Shown here piece after piece: positions 18,550 through 26,040 of a stretch of 64,000 bases of DNA (position 1 is the first letter of the stretch; every line of letters starts with the position of its first letter). The position numbers were made by a program, and so were the translations under genes. The notes beneath the pieces were generated by a model. It did not search any database. It was not told the DNA's origin and saw only the letters and a list, made by a program, of their open reading frames with translations. Source of the stretch: a virus. Its lineage: Duplodnaviria; Caudoviricetes. The DNA lies in the IMG/VR virus record IMGVR_UViG_3300031994_000006, positions 143,795-207,794 of that record, one strand, 5' to 3'.

Positions 18550-18641
18550 ATAAACGGCTATACTCGGCGGCTACTTCTGCAAGCTGTAGTCAGCGCCTGA
18601 TTCGTAATCTGGAGAAACGCCCGCCGGTCCTTTCCGTTTAT
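18550..18641 (+). ncRNA. Y-RNA-like scaffold copy 2 (Thr CGT anticodon-arm insert)
   Basis: GGCTAT...TACTTCT...TTTCC enclosing CCTGA-TTCGTAA-TCTGG. Confidence 0.6.
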
Positions 18642-18649
18642 CCTATACA

Positions 18650-18721
18650 TGCGGCTATGTCATCCGTTACTTCTCAAAGAATGATCTGCAACATCGTGTC
18701 CCACGGATGACTTTTTCCGCA
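18650..18721 (+). ncRNA. Y-RNA-like scaffold copy 3 (Cys GCA anticodon-arm insert)
   Basis: GGCTAT...TACTTCT...TTTCC enclosing TGAT-CTGCAAC-ATCG. Confidence 0.6.
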
Positions 18722-18743
18722 GTTTTACGTATAATAAACGACT

Positions 18744-18816
<73 letters not shown>

Positions 18817-18818
18817 CT

Positions 18819-18901
18819 AAACGGCTATCCGGCATGCTACTTCTCAGCTCGATAAAGAATGTAAAGGGTACATGCTATTCCGCTTGCCGGGTTTTCCGTT
18901 T
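18819..18901 (+). ncRNA. Y-RNA-like scaffold copy 4
   Basis: AAACGGCTAT...TACTTCT...TTTTCCGTTT. Confidence 0.55.
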
Positions 18902-18908
18902 TCCATAT

Positions 18909-18983
18909 GTTCCCAAGGGCGATATAGGTCGAGCCACAGGACTTTCGATCCTGAAAAAGTGGGTTCGATTCCCACTGGGAATA
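18909..18983 (+). tRNA. tRNA-Glu(TTC)
   Basis: Cloverleaf, loop CTTTCGA. Confidence 0.85.
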
Positions 18984-18989
18984 CTCAAT

Positions 18990-19063
18990 GCTCCCATAGG
19001 CGAACTGGTTAAGCCGTCACACTCTCAATGTGGAGATTCCGGGTTCGAGTCCCGGTGGGAGTA
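18990..19063 (+). tRNA. tRNA-Glu(CTC)
   Basis: Cloverleaf, loop CTCTCAA. Confidence 0.88.
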
Positions 19064-19146
19064 CGCAAAGTCCCGGCTGGGCCTGCTGTTCATGCAGGAC
19101 TTAGGGGCCGGCGCCGTGGGGCCACCGTCAAAAACCCCACTCCTTC

Positions 19147-19221
19147 GGGGCGTTAGCTCAGTCCGGTCAGAGCACCTGCTTTGCAAGCAGGGGGTCGACG
19201 GTTCGAATCCGTCACGCTCCA
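19147..19221 (+). tRNA. tRNA-Ala(TGC)
   Basis: Cloverleaf, loop TTTGCAA, G3:U70. Confidence 0.92.
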
Positions 19222-19341
19222 CGAAAGGGAAAGCGTGTAGAAACCGGCGGCGGCCGGCGGAGCCTCAGGCAGGATATCCCCTCGGCATAACGGACCGGCT
19301 CTGACCGGTACCATGCCGTCAGTCTTTGGTCCTGTCAACCT

Positions 19342-19422
19342 GCCGGAATGGGACAGTGGTCGACTCCATCGGTATCGTAAACCGACTCGAAAGACACGGC
19401 GGTTCGAATCCGCCTTCCGGCT
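19342..19422 (+). tRNA. tRNA-Thr(CGT) with 12-nt variable arm
   Basis: Cloverleaf, loop ATCGTAA. Confidence 0.82.
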
Positions 19423-19427
19423 CCTAA

Positions 19428-19556
19428 GGCAGGCTATGGCCGCTGCTACTTCTCCTTAGCGGAGTACGCGAGAAGGCTCAGCGACGTGATTCATTGCACG
19501 TGTACCGGGGTTCGAATCCCCGCCCCGCTGTCAGTCGTCACGGTCTGTTCCCTGCC
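19428..19556 (+). ncRNA. Y-RNA-like scaffold copy 5 enclosing a whole tRNA-like cloverleaf (19458-19530)
   Basis: GGCAGGCTAT...TACTTCT...TTCCCTGCC; inner cloverleaf has an 8-nt loop ATTCATTG. Confidence 0.6.
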
Positions 19557-19565
19557 CCTGTACAG

Positions 19566-19666
19566 TCCGGCTATCCGCCTGTGGTTACTTCTGAAGCTGG
19601 TTACTCGTAGGTTCGAATCCTGCTTTTTCCGCCATGGGAAAAAAGTCACCGCACGGTCTTTCCGGA
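19566..19666 (+). ncRNA. Y-RNA-like scaffold copy 6 (T arm + loop-closed acceptor minihelix)
   Basis: GTAGG-TTCGAAT-CCTGC then TTTTTCC-GCCATG-GGAAAAA inside the GGCTAT/TACTTCT/TTTCC stem. Confidence 0.6.
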
Positions 19667-19776
19667 TTTCCATAAGCGTTCAGCCGCCCGGGCAGGTCAC
19701 ATACAGGCGACAAGCCCCGTGACTCCGGACGGGCCTGCGCGTTTAACGGTTATATACGGAAACCAAAGACATATCA

Positions 19777-20349
19777 ATGCGATACATTTTCTTCGACACC
19801 GAGACGACGGGCGTTCCCAGGAACTACAAGGCGCCGTCGACGGATACGGACAACTGGCCGCGGCTCGTGCAGCTCGGCTGGATCCTGGCGGACGGACCTG
19901 ACACAGTCGTCCATACGGGAAACCTGATCGTCAGGCCCGACGGATTCGAGATACCCGAGGAGGCCGCGAACGTGCACGGTATACACACGGCCGACGCTCT
20001 GGAGAAGGGCATACCCCTGGCCGACGCGATCAATCAGTTCATAGAGGATCTCAATCAGGCCGACCTGATTGTAGGACATAATGTCGGTTTCGACCTCAAG
20101 ATCGTGGGCGCCGAGATGGTCCGCCTGGGTATCGGCGACATGATGGAATCCAAGCCTCATTTCGACACGATGCAGGCGTCGACGAGCTACTGCGCCATCC
20201 CTGGCAAGTTCGGGTACAAGTGGCCGAAGCTCATGGAGCTGCATCAGAAGCTGTTCGAATGCGGCTTCGAGGATGCGCACGACGCCATGGCAGATATCAC
20301 GGCGACGGCCAGGTGCTTCTGGGAAATGATGAGAAGAGGCCTTGCATAG
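19777..20349 (+). CDS. DEDDh 3'-5' exonuclease (DnaQ-like)
   Basis: FFDTETTG, VGHNVGFD and HDAMADI motifs. Confidence 0.9.
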   Translation: MRYIFFDTETTGVPRNYKAPSTDTDNWPRLVQLGWILADGPDTVVHTGNLIVRPDGFEIPEEAANVHGIHTADALEKGIPLADAINQFIEDLNQADLIVGHNVGFDLKIVGAEMVRLGIGDMMESKPHFDTMQASTSYCAIPGKFGYKWPKLMELHQKLFECGFEDAHDAMADITATARCFWEMMRRGLA

Positions 20350-20350
20350 T

Positions 20351-20440
20351 ATGATAGTGATGAATACCGAGGCGATAGTCGCCGCCTGTGTGATAGGGGC
20401 GTGCCTCATAGCATGGATGATATTCCATAAGGACCGTTAG
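20351..20440 (+). CDS. small membrane peptide (29 aa)
   Basis: MIVMNTEAIVAACVIGACLIAWMIFHKDR, coupled to the exonuclease stop. Confidence 0.4.
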   Translation: MIVMNTEAIVAACVIGACLIAWMIFHKDR

Positions 20441-20449
20441 GTCCTGAAT

Positions 20450-20539
20450 GCACGGGTAAAGCGTAACTGGATGACCGCCCCGGTCTACGAAACCGGTCTA
20501 TCTGAAAAGAAGTTGCGGGTTCGAATCCCGCCCCGTGTA
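20450..20539 (+). tRNA. tRNA-Arg(ACG) with 18-nt variable arm
   Basis: GCACGGG/CCCGTGT acceptor, loop CTACGAA, canonical T arm. Confidence 0.8.
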
Positions 20540-20668
20540 CACAGACAGGGCAGCACTCCGTAGAGTCTGAGATTCACCATTCTCTTTGCGGACCATACTG
20601 TCCTTTGTCGCGGAATTCGCCGGCATGCCCGGTGATATATAAACCAAAATCAACCAAACAGCAAGACT

Positions 20669-21346
20669 ATGAAGAAGCTCATGGGCCTGGCGTTTATCTG
20701 CCTCATGGCCTGTATGACATTCATGCTCACCGGCTGCACCAAGTGTGCCGGAGACAAGACCGAGCCCGCCATGGACAGTGTCGCGACTGATTCTGCAAAG
20801 ACAGATACCGTCGTGACGGAGGGCTACAACGTGGAGCAGGTCATCTCCACCGATCGTCAGGCCATGTTCATGGCCTACAAGCAGGACTATCGCTGGTATG
20901 AGACCTGCATCGTCCTGAAGGACTTCCTTGACGAGGACTGCGACGGCACCGTCGTCGGCCTGTCCAATATCTTCCAGGTCGTCTTTGAGGAGGGCAACGG
21001 CGCCGATGTTTATGTCGTCATGTATGCGCATGCGGCCAACAAGGGCGATTCTGTGACGACCGTGCATTCATTCTGGATTGAAGATTATGACATGGGTAAG
21101 GAGCCTGTGAAGATGATTACGTTCGCAGAGGCCTTCCAGAAGATCCAGGAGACTAACTATCCGAAACCGCATTCCAAGCACTGCGTGCTCCGTAAGGAGG
21201 TGGGACCGAAGGACTGCAATCCTCAGTACATCTTCGGCAACGCACAGGCTCAGCTCTATGTGGACGCCGTAACCGGCAAGGTCAGTCCTGACAATCCCGT
21301 ATTCGAGGGCGTAAAGCTGGCCAAGCCTCTCGGTGAGTGGCCCTGA
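20669..21346 (+). CDS. lipoprotein
   Basis: Signal peptide MKKLMGLAFICLMACMTFM-LTGC lipobox. Confidence 0.75.
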   Translation: MKKLMGLAFICLMACMTFMLTGCTKCAGDKTEPAMDSVATDSAKTDTVVTEGYNVEQVISTDRQAMFMAYKQDYRWYETCIVLKDFLDEDCDGTVVGLSNIFQVVFEEGNGADVYVVMYAHAANKGDSVTTVHSFWIEDYDMGKEPVKMITFAEAFQKIQETNYPKPHSKHCVLRKEVGPKDCNPQYIFGNAQAQLYVDAVTGKVSPDNPVFEGVKLAKPLGEWP

Positions 21347-21451
21347 TAAAGGGACAGGATAACACATGATAAATTGCAGATTTGAAATATTCAAATCTGC
21401 AATTTTAGCATTTATGACCTCAGGTTATATAATGCGTTAAAATATTACAAT

Positions 21452-21524
21452 CGGGATGTAGCCCAGTAGGTAGGGCGCTACGTTCGGGACGTAGAGGTCG
21501 CTGGTCCGAGTCCAGTCATCCCGA
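21452..21524 (+). tRNA. tRNA-Pro(CGG)
   Basis: Cloverleaf, loop TTCGGGA, T-loop TCCGAGT. Confidence 0.9.
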
Positions 21525-21527
21525 CTT

Positions 21528-21663
21528 CGGAAGATGGTGTAGGCGCACAGCCGGGTTGGTCCGGCACCCGCGGAAATAAGAGGATCCGGAATACCGCGGA
21601 GCAATGGGCATTCGTGCAATGCCGTATGCGGTGACCGAAGCAGCGAGCGGTCTCTTCCGTCCA
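21528..21663 (+). ncRNA. tRNA-like RNA with 7-bp acceptor stem and encoded CCA, non-canonical interior
   Basis: CGGAAGA/TCTTCCG-T-CCA with several internal hairpins; abuts tRNA-Pro(GGG). Confidence 0.45.
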
Positions 21664-21737
21664 CGGGGTGTAGCTCAGTAGGTTAGAGTACGCGTCTGGG
21701 GGGCGTGAGGTCGTCCGTTCGAGTCGGATCACCCCGA
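21664..21737 (+). tRNA. tRNA-Pro(GGG)
   Basis: Cloverleaf, loop CTGGGGG. Confidence 0.9.
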
Positions 21738-21741
21738 CAAT

Positions 21742-21813
21742 CAGGATATAGCACAGCGGCAGTGTGCATGGTTTGGGACCATGCGGTCGGCGGTTCGAAT
21801 CCGTCTATCCTGA
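21742..21813 (+). tRNA. tRNA-Pro(TGG)
   Basis: Cloverleaf, loop TTTGGGA. Confidence 0.9.
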
Positions 21814-21994
21814 CAGATCAATGAGGATCCTCTGAGATGGGTGCTCCAAGGTAGAAGCTTGAGGATTTAAACGGATAATGTTTTATGCGACAACAAAAGC
21901 AGCTGTTCATTCAGCAGCGCCCGTGGGTATTAATCCCGATGAAAATATCGCCTCATTTGATTTAAACGGATACAAACAGACAAAGACATACAGT

Positions 21995-22438
21995 ATGAGA
22001 TTTCTTCGTTCAGAGACCGTCGTATCGGTCGAGGATCTTAAGGCACAGGGACTGCAGGAGCAGCGCGTGCAGACGGACTATCACGGCAAGAACCGTGAGA
22101 GCATGTGGGGCTATCTCCTCGGGGACGGCTCGGTCGTCCTGGTCAACACGCCGGTTGCCGCCCATCCGTTTCCGCTCTGGGGACTTGTCGCGTCGCCTGA
22201 GCATGTCAAGGACGGCGACGGCAAATGCAGGCTTGTCATTCTTGACGATATCATCAAGGAGACTCCGGACGAGGCGGTTATCACCCTGATGCAGGAGGCA
22301 TATGACTTCCTGAATGAGAAGGGCGAGCTCAAGGAGGACGGTACCCTTGATACAGGACTCTATATCGATCGCCGCAATGCGGAAATCGAGAAATTGCGCC
22401 TGGAGAAGGTCGACAGGCCTGAAGAGGATGAACGCTGA
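21995..22438 (+). CDS. hypothetical protein
   Basis: ORF with likely start MRFLRSE at 21995. Confidence 0.6.
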   Translation: MRFLRSETVVSVEDLKAQGLQEQRVQTDYHGKNRESMWGYLLGDGSVVLVNTPVAAHPFPLWGLVASPEHVKDGDGKCRLVILDDIIKETPDEAVITLMQEAYDFLNEKGELKEDGTLDTGLYIDRRNAEIEKLRLEKVDRPEEDER

Positions 22439-22439
22439 T

Positions 22440-22607
22440 ATGGAAGACGTCGACAAGGAGATATTGAACCGTGACAGGCACTGGAACGAGTTCATAGCAG
22501 AATGGGAGTCTGAACACGGCGTATCCGCGTCGGGCGAGGACTCTGAGGTCCTCTTCAGGGAGTTCATGACCTGGGAGGAGAACAGAGGTTTGAATCCGGG
22601 ACAGTAG
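22440..22607 (+). CDS. hypothetical acidic small protein
   Basis: MEDVDKEILNRDRHWNEF..., coupled to the upstream stop. Confidence 0.5.
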   Translation: MEDVDKEILNRDRHWNEFIAEWESEHGVSASGEDSEVLFREFMTWEENRGLNPGQ

Positions 22608-22617
22608 CCCGGGTTAT

Positions 22618-22691
22618 GTTCCCGTAGCTCAGCCGGTTAGAGTATCACCATGACAAGGTGGGGGTCGGCGGTCCGAATCCGCCCGGGAACA
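22618..22691 (+). tRNA. tRNA-Val(GAC)
   Basis: Cloverleaf, loop ATGACAA, T-loop TCCGAAT. Confidence 0.9.
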
Positions 22692-22692
22692 C

Positions 22693-22983
22693 ATGAGCAC
22701 GTTTGACGTATACAGATCCTGCGGCCGCGTGGTCGGCGGCAGGGAATCGAAGGCCGCGGCCGATCTCGCGTTCGGCAGATGTTCCTGGTGGAAACGGGGA
22801 TGGCTGCATTTCGTCGTATGGAACGAGAGGCGCAGGCGGTATAATGCCGCCGAGATCAGGCTGCCGGGTGACAGTCCGTGGTCCGGGTGCCTGCAGTCCG
22901 TATTTACCGCCCTCACGGCCCTGTTCTTCCTGTCGGTGCTCATATATGCGGCCGTGGAAATAATAGGATCGATGTTCCCGTAG
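22693..22983 (+). CDS. hypothetical membrane protein
   Basis: 96 aa with a C-terminal hydrophobic helix; the 3' end overlaps tRNA-Val(TAC) by 10 nt. Confidence 0.45.
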   Translation: MSTFDVYRSCGRVVGGRESKAAADLAFGRCSWWKRGWLHFVVWNERRRRYNAAEIRLPGDSPWSGCLQSVFTALTALFFLSVLIYAAVEIIGSMFP

Positions 22984-23048
22984 CTCAGCCGGTTCAGAGC
23001 ACCTGGCCTACAACCAGGGGGTCGGCGGTTCGAATCCGTCCGGGAACA
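22974..23048 (+). tRNA. tRNA-Val(TAC)
   Basis: Cloverleaf, loop CCTACAA (C33). Confidence 0.88.
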
Positions 23049-23055
23049 CAGACGC

Positions 23056-23129
23056 ACGCCCGTAGCTCAGCGGATCAGAGCGCCGGACTCCGGATCCGGA
23101 GGTCGCGGGTTCGAGTCCCGCCGGGCGTA
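23056..23129 (+). tRNA. tRNA-Arg(CCG)
   Basis: Cloverleaf, loop CTCCGGA. Confidence 0.92.
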
Positions 23130-23143
23130 CGGATATATACACC

Positions 23144-23848
23144 ATGATAAAATCAGTTCAATACTGTTTACATTGCGGTAAACCTTTGAATAAGACACAG
23201 AAAAAATTCTGTTCAAGATCTTGTTCAGCATCATTTACGAATAAGGGAAAAATTCACTCAGAGTCAAGCAGACATAAATGCAGTGAATCTGTAAAACGTA
23301 TCCGTAGGCATACTGAAAGAATCTGTAAAGTATGCGGATGTTCTTATTATTATGTCAAACATATATCCACTAAGATTTTCTGTTCTCATAAATGTTTTGA
23401 ATATTATAAATCACATAAGAATGAATTTCTTTCACCTGATTCAATCAGGCGGATGTCAGAAGGCGGACGGAAGAGCATGGATATACAAAAAGATTCCAGG
23501 AGATCCAGAAATGAAATAGAGTTCTGTTCATTATGTGAGGAAAAATTCGGTACAGCTGCAGTTTTGCATAATATACCTTACTTTAATGGATGGGATGCTG
23601 ATGTTATTATACCTGAATTAAAAATAGCGATATTATGGAATGGTGCCTGGCACTATAAACAGATATATGATAAAAGTTCATTGATTCAGATTAAGAATCG
23701 TGATAACATAAAAATATCTGAAATCAAAAAAGCAGGATTTATTCCATATGTTATTAAGGATTTGGGAAAGGCAAATTCTGAATTTGTCAAAAATCAATTT
23801 AATATTTTTTGTAAATGGATTGATGACCTTTCAGAATCTGTGCATTAA
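23144..23848 (+). CDS. putative homing-type endonuclease (Zn-finger repeats + Vsr/PD-(D/E)xK-like C-terminus)
   Basis: CLHCG..FCSRSC and CKVCG..FCSHKC repeats; DADVIIPELKIAILWNGAWHY; visibly AT-rich. Confidence 0.65.
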   Translation: MIKSVQYCLHCGKPLNKTQKKFCSRSCSASFTNKGKIHSESSRHKCSESVKRIRRHTERICKVCGCSYYYVKHISTKIFCSHKCFEYYKSHKNEFLSPDSIRRMSEGGRKSMDIQKDSRRSRNEIEFCSLCEEKFGTAAVLHNIPYFNGWDADVIIPELKIAILWNGAWHYKQIYDKSSLIQIKNRDNIKISEIKKAGFIPYVIKDLGKANSEFVKNQFNIFCKWIDDLSESVH

Positions 23849-23863
23849 ATATATAAATAGTTT

Positions 23864-23880
23864 AGTTCTTTGACTTATTG
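23864..23880 (+). promoter_or_regulatory. rrn boxA-like site
   Basis: AGTTCTTTGACTTATTG ahead of the Met/Met/Ala/tmRNA run. Confidence 0.6.
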
Positions 23881-23890
23881 AAACCTATAT

Positions 23891-23975
23891 AGCGGGATGG
23901 TGTAGTTGGTAACACAACAGCCTCATAAGCTGTGGACAGATAATGCTTGCGCAGGTTCGAGTCCTGCTCCCGCAA
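23891..23975 (+). tRNA. tRNA-Met(CAT), 1:72 mismatch, 17-nt variable arm
   Basis: Loop CTCATAA, canonical T arm. Confidence 0.75.
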
Positions 23976-23987
23976 CATAATTAACAT

Positions 23988-24059
23988 CGCGGTGGTGGTA
24001 GCAATGGTAGCTCGCAAGACTCATAATCTTGAGACGTGGTTCGAATCCAACGACCGCAA
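23988..24059 (+). tRNA. tRNA-Met(CAT), initiator-like C1:A72, imperfect T stem
   Basis: Loop CTCATAA; CGCGGT/ACCGCA acceptor. Confidence 0.6.
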
Positions 24060-24064
24060 CAAAG

Positions 24065-24142
24065 ATTCGGCTATTGGTTGGATTACTTCTGTAAACTTCT
24101 TAACCATGACATCCAGGAATTCATCCTTCCGTCTTTCCGAAT
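24065..24142 (+). ncRNA. Y-RNA-like scaffold copy 7
   Basis: ATTCGGCTAT...TACTTCT...TTTCCGAAT. Confidence 0.55.
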
Positions 24143-24238
24143 TGTTCTTTCCGGGGATGACGACATGTACGGCAACCGGTTGCCGTGAAACAGGTCCGTC
24201 TGATGACGTTTGTCCGGTGACGCATGTCCACCCGGGGT

Positions 24239-24336
24239 TTCCGGCTATCGGCCAGATTACTTCTATGCAGCGGGCGTTGACCGTCCGCGGCAGACCATCT
24301 TACACAGTCTTGTAACATCTGTCTGTATTTCCGGAG
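24239..24336 (+). ncRNA. Y-RNA-like scaffold copy 8
   Basis: TCCGGCTAT...TACTTCT...TTTCCGGA with two internal hairpins. Confidence 0.55.
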
Positions 24337-24340
24337 TTTT

Positions 24341-24414
24341 GGGGTATTAGCTCAGTTGGCCAGAGCGCTTGCTTCGCATGCAAGAGGTCGACGGTTCGAA
24401 TCCGTCATGCTCCA
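24341..24414 (+). tRNA. tRNA-Ala(CGC)
   Basis: Cloverleaf, loop TTCGCAT, G3:U70. Confidence 0.92.
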
Positions 24415-24415
24415 C

Positions 24416-24568
24416 TTTGACGAATGGCTATTGTACAGCATACTTCTCCAAAGTATGTTTCCAAGAGGCAGGTCGCGGGTTCGAATCCCGTCCGTCCCCA
24501 ACGGGGACGTAGCTCAGCGGTTCAGAGCGGCATCTATTACTGGGCTGTACGGCTTTCCAGGAGTCAAG
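24416..24568 (+). ncRNA. Y-RNA-like scaffold copy 9 with circularly permuted tRNA domain (YrlA-like)
   Basis: T arm, then CGTCCCC-AAC-GGGGACG closed acceptor, then D arm, inside the GGCTAT/TACTTCT/TTTCC stem. Confidence 0.7.
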
Positions 24569-24574
24569 GCAAAC

Positions 24575-24703
24575 ATATCCGGCTATTCGGGAGGATACTT
24601 CTGAGGGAATGTAGTGTCGCCGGTTCGAGCCCGGCTATTTCCGTGGGAAATATGGCGCAGGTGGTAGCGCATACGTGTATGGCCTGCTGGGGTTTCCGGA
24701 TAT
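24575..24703 (+). ncRNA. Y-RNA-like scaffold copy 10 with circularly permuted tRNA domain (YrlA-like)
   Basis: ATGTA-GTGTC-GCCGG TTCGAGC CCGGC-TATTTCC GTG GGAAATA-TG-GCGC AGGTGGTA GCGC-A-TACGT. Confidence 0.7.
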
Positions 24704-24719
24704 TTCAAACTGTATTGAT

Positions 24720-24902
24720 ATGGATAAAGGCGCGATTGAGAGGGTCAATGAGATCAAGATGCTTCCGATGTACTTCGTGACGATGATCTCGGCCGACGTT
24801 CTTACATCTGTAGAGGTCTGTGACAGGAATGAGAAGGACCTGCTGGAGACACTGGAGGAGATGCCGAAGACGGATCTCCCGGATGAGGAGAAATCCAAAT
24901 AG
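24720..24902 (+). CDS. hypothetical small protein
   Basis: MDKGAIERVNEIKML..., 60 aa. Confidence 0.45.
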   Translation: MDKGAIERVNEIKMLPMYFVTMISADVLTSVEVCDRNEKDLLETLEEMPKTDLPDEEKSK

Positions 24903-25183
24903 ATTGAAATGGGCAAGCGGGGCCTGAAGATCATCAGGCGCGATCGTAAGGATCTCAGGAAGGCCGGGAGGCTGACCGAGCCGCCGGAGCCCGAAGATAT
25001 TGACGCCTCCGCCGGTCATGAACGCCGGAGGATCGAATAAGCCGCAGGTTCCAGCCCTGCGGACCCGGAACGTGAGCCGGGACACGGTTGCGAACAGGTT
25101 TTCCGTGTACTTGAGAGGCTGATGCGGGGCCCACTGAGGGATGAGATGCCCCATAACCCGCAGAAACCTTTTCATCCTTATCT

Positions 25184-25629
25184 GGGCTTGTATTTGGGTT
25201 TGACGGGCGGAATGATAAGGAGGACATGCAGGAAGGCAGTTTCCATAAAGGCAAAGCCAATAACCGGCAACAAGAAAGCAAAGGTCGTCAAGATGACGGC
25301 AGCTCGCGCGACCATGAAGATGGCTGCTTAATCCGATAGGATTCAAGTTTCGCGCCTGGGATTGCAGGGGATCCCAAGGGACATAAGGGCGAGCCTTCGG
25401 GCAGCCTGCCCCCGCCGACGAGGTCTGGACGGCATCCCTTACCGCAAAGCCGTAACCTGGTGGAACAGTTGACCTCCGGTCAGCCCCTCAGCGGAAGATC
25501 CTCCGGGATCGTTTGACCGCACAGGAGAAGAATACTCCTGAGGCCTCCGGGCCTGAACAAATTGAAAAGCATGTACAATCCTCTGATGCTGAACGTTCGG
25601 ACGGGGGTTCGAATCCCCCCAGGTCCACC
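25184..25629 (+). ncRNA. ssrA: tmRNA
   Basis: GGGCTTG/CAGGTCC acceptor with G3:U70, TTTTGAC 5' motif, T arm GGGGG-TTCGAAT-CCCCC, tag ORF 25266-25331 GNKKAKVVKMTAARATMKMAA*. Confidence 0.9.
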
Positions 25630-25734
25630 CTGAAAGCGGTCCAATAGTCGGATCGTTTTTTATTATGACATGAGAAGAACCTGTCATAATAAATAATATG
25701 ACCAACCTGGCAAGGCATGCCTCAGGGCATGTAC

Positions 25735-25763
25735 AGGTCCTCCGGACAGGGGGACCTTTTTTT
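25735..25763 (+). terminator. intrinsic terminator ending tRNA array A / tmRNA
   Basis: AGGTCCTCC...GGGGGACCT followed by a T run. Confidence 0.65.
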
Positions 25764-25793
25764 ATTTCCGCGTAAAAAGATATATAGATTGTT

Positions 25794-26021
25794 ATGAAAC
25801 TGATTCAGCAGAGAATCGTCAGATATACCGACGAATCGGGCACTGACTGGTTTGCGTCGCAGTATATGACCGGTGGAACCTATAAATTCCGCACAGGGGA
25901 ATGGTTCCGGACCGAGGACGAGGCGAAATCCACGCTGATCTCACCCTGTCTGCTTAAGCCGTTGAAGACGGTTACCAGAGAATATCTTGACATCTGCGGG
26001 GTATACATACCTTCCGCTTAA
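25794..26021 (+). CDS. hypothetical protein
   Basis: 75 aa ORF after a GATATATA motif. Confidence 0.5.
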   Translation: MKLIQQRIVRYTDESGTDWFASQYMTGGTYKFRTGEWFRTEDEAKSTLISPCLLKPLKTVTREYLDICGVYIPSA

Positions 26022-26040
26022 TTTTTAAATAAAGACGAAT

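Noticed and set aside
24151-24237. Possible hammerhead ribozyme (GAAAC and CTGATGA both present)
   Set aside because: Only 8 nt separate GAAAC from CTGATGA and stems I/II cannot form in register; treated as an ordinary branched hairpin.
25122-25331. 69-aa ORF ending in MKMAA
   Set aside because: Its 3' part is the tmRNA tag reading frame, not an independent gene.
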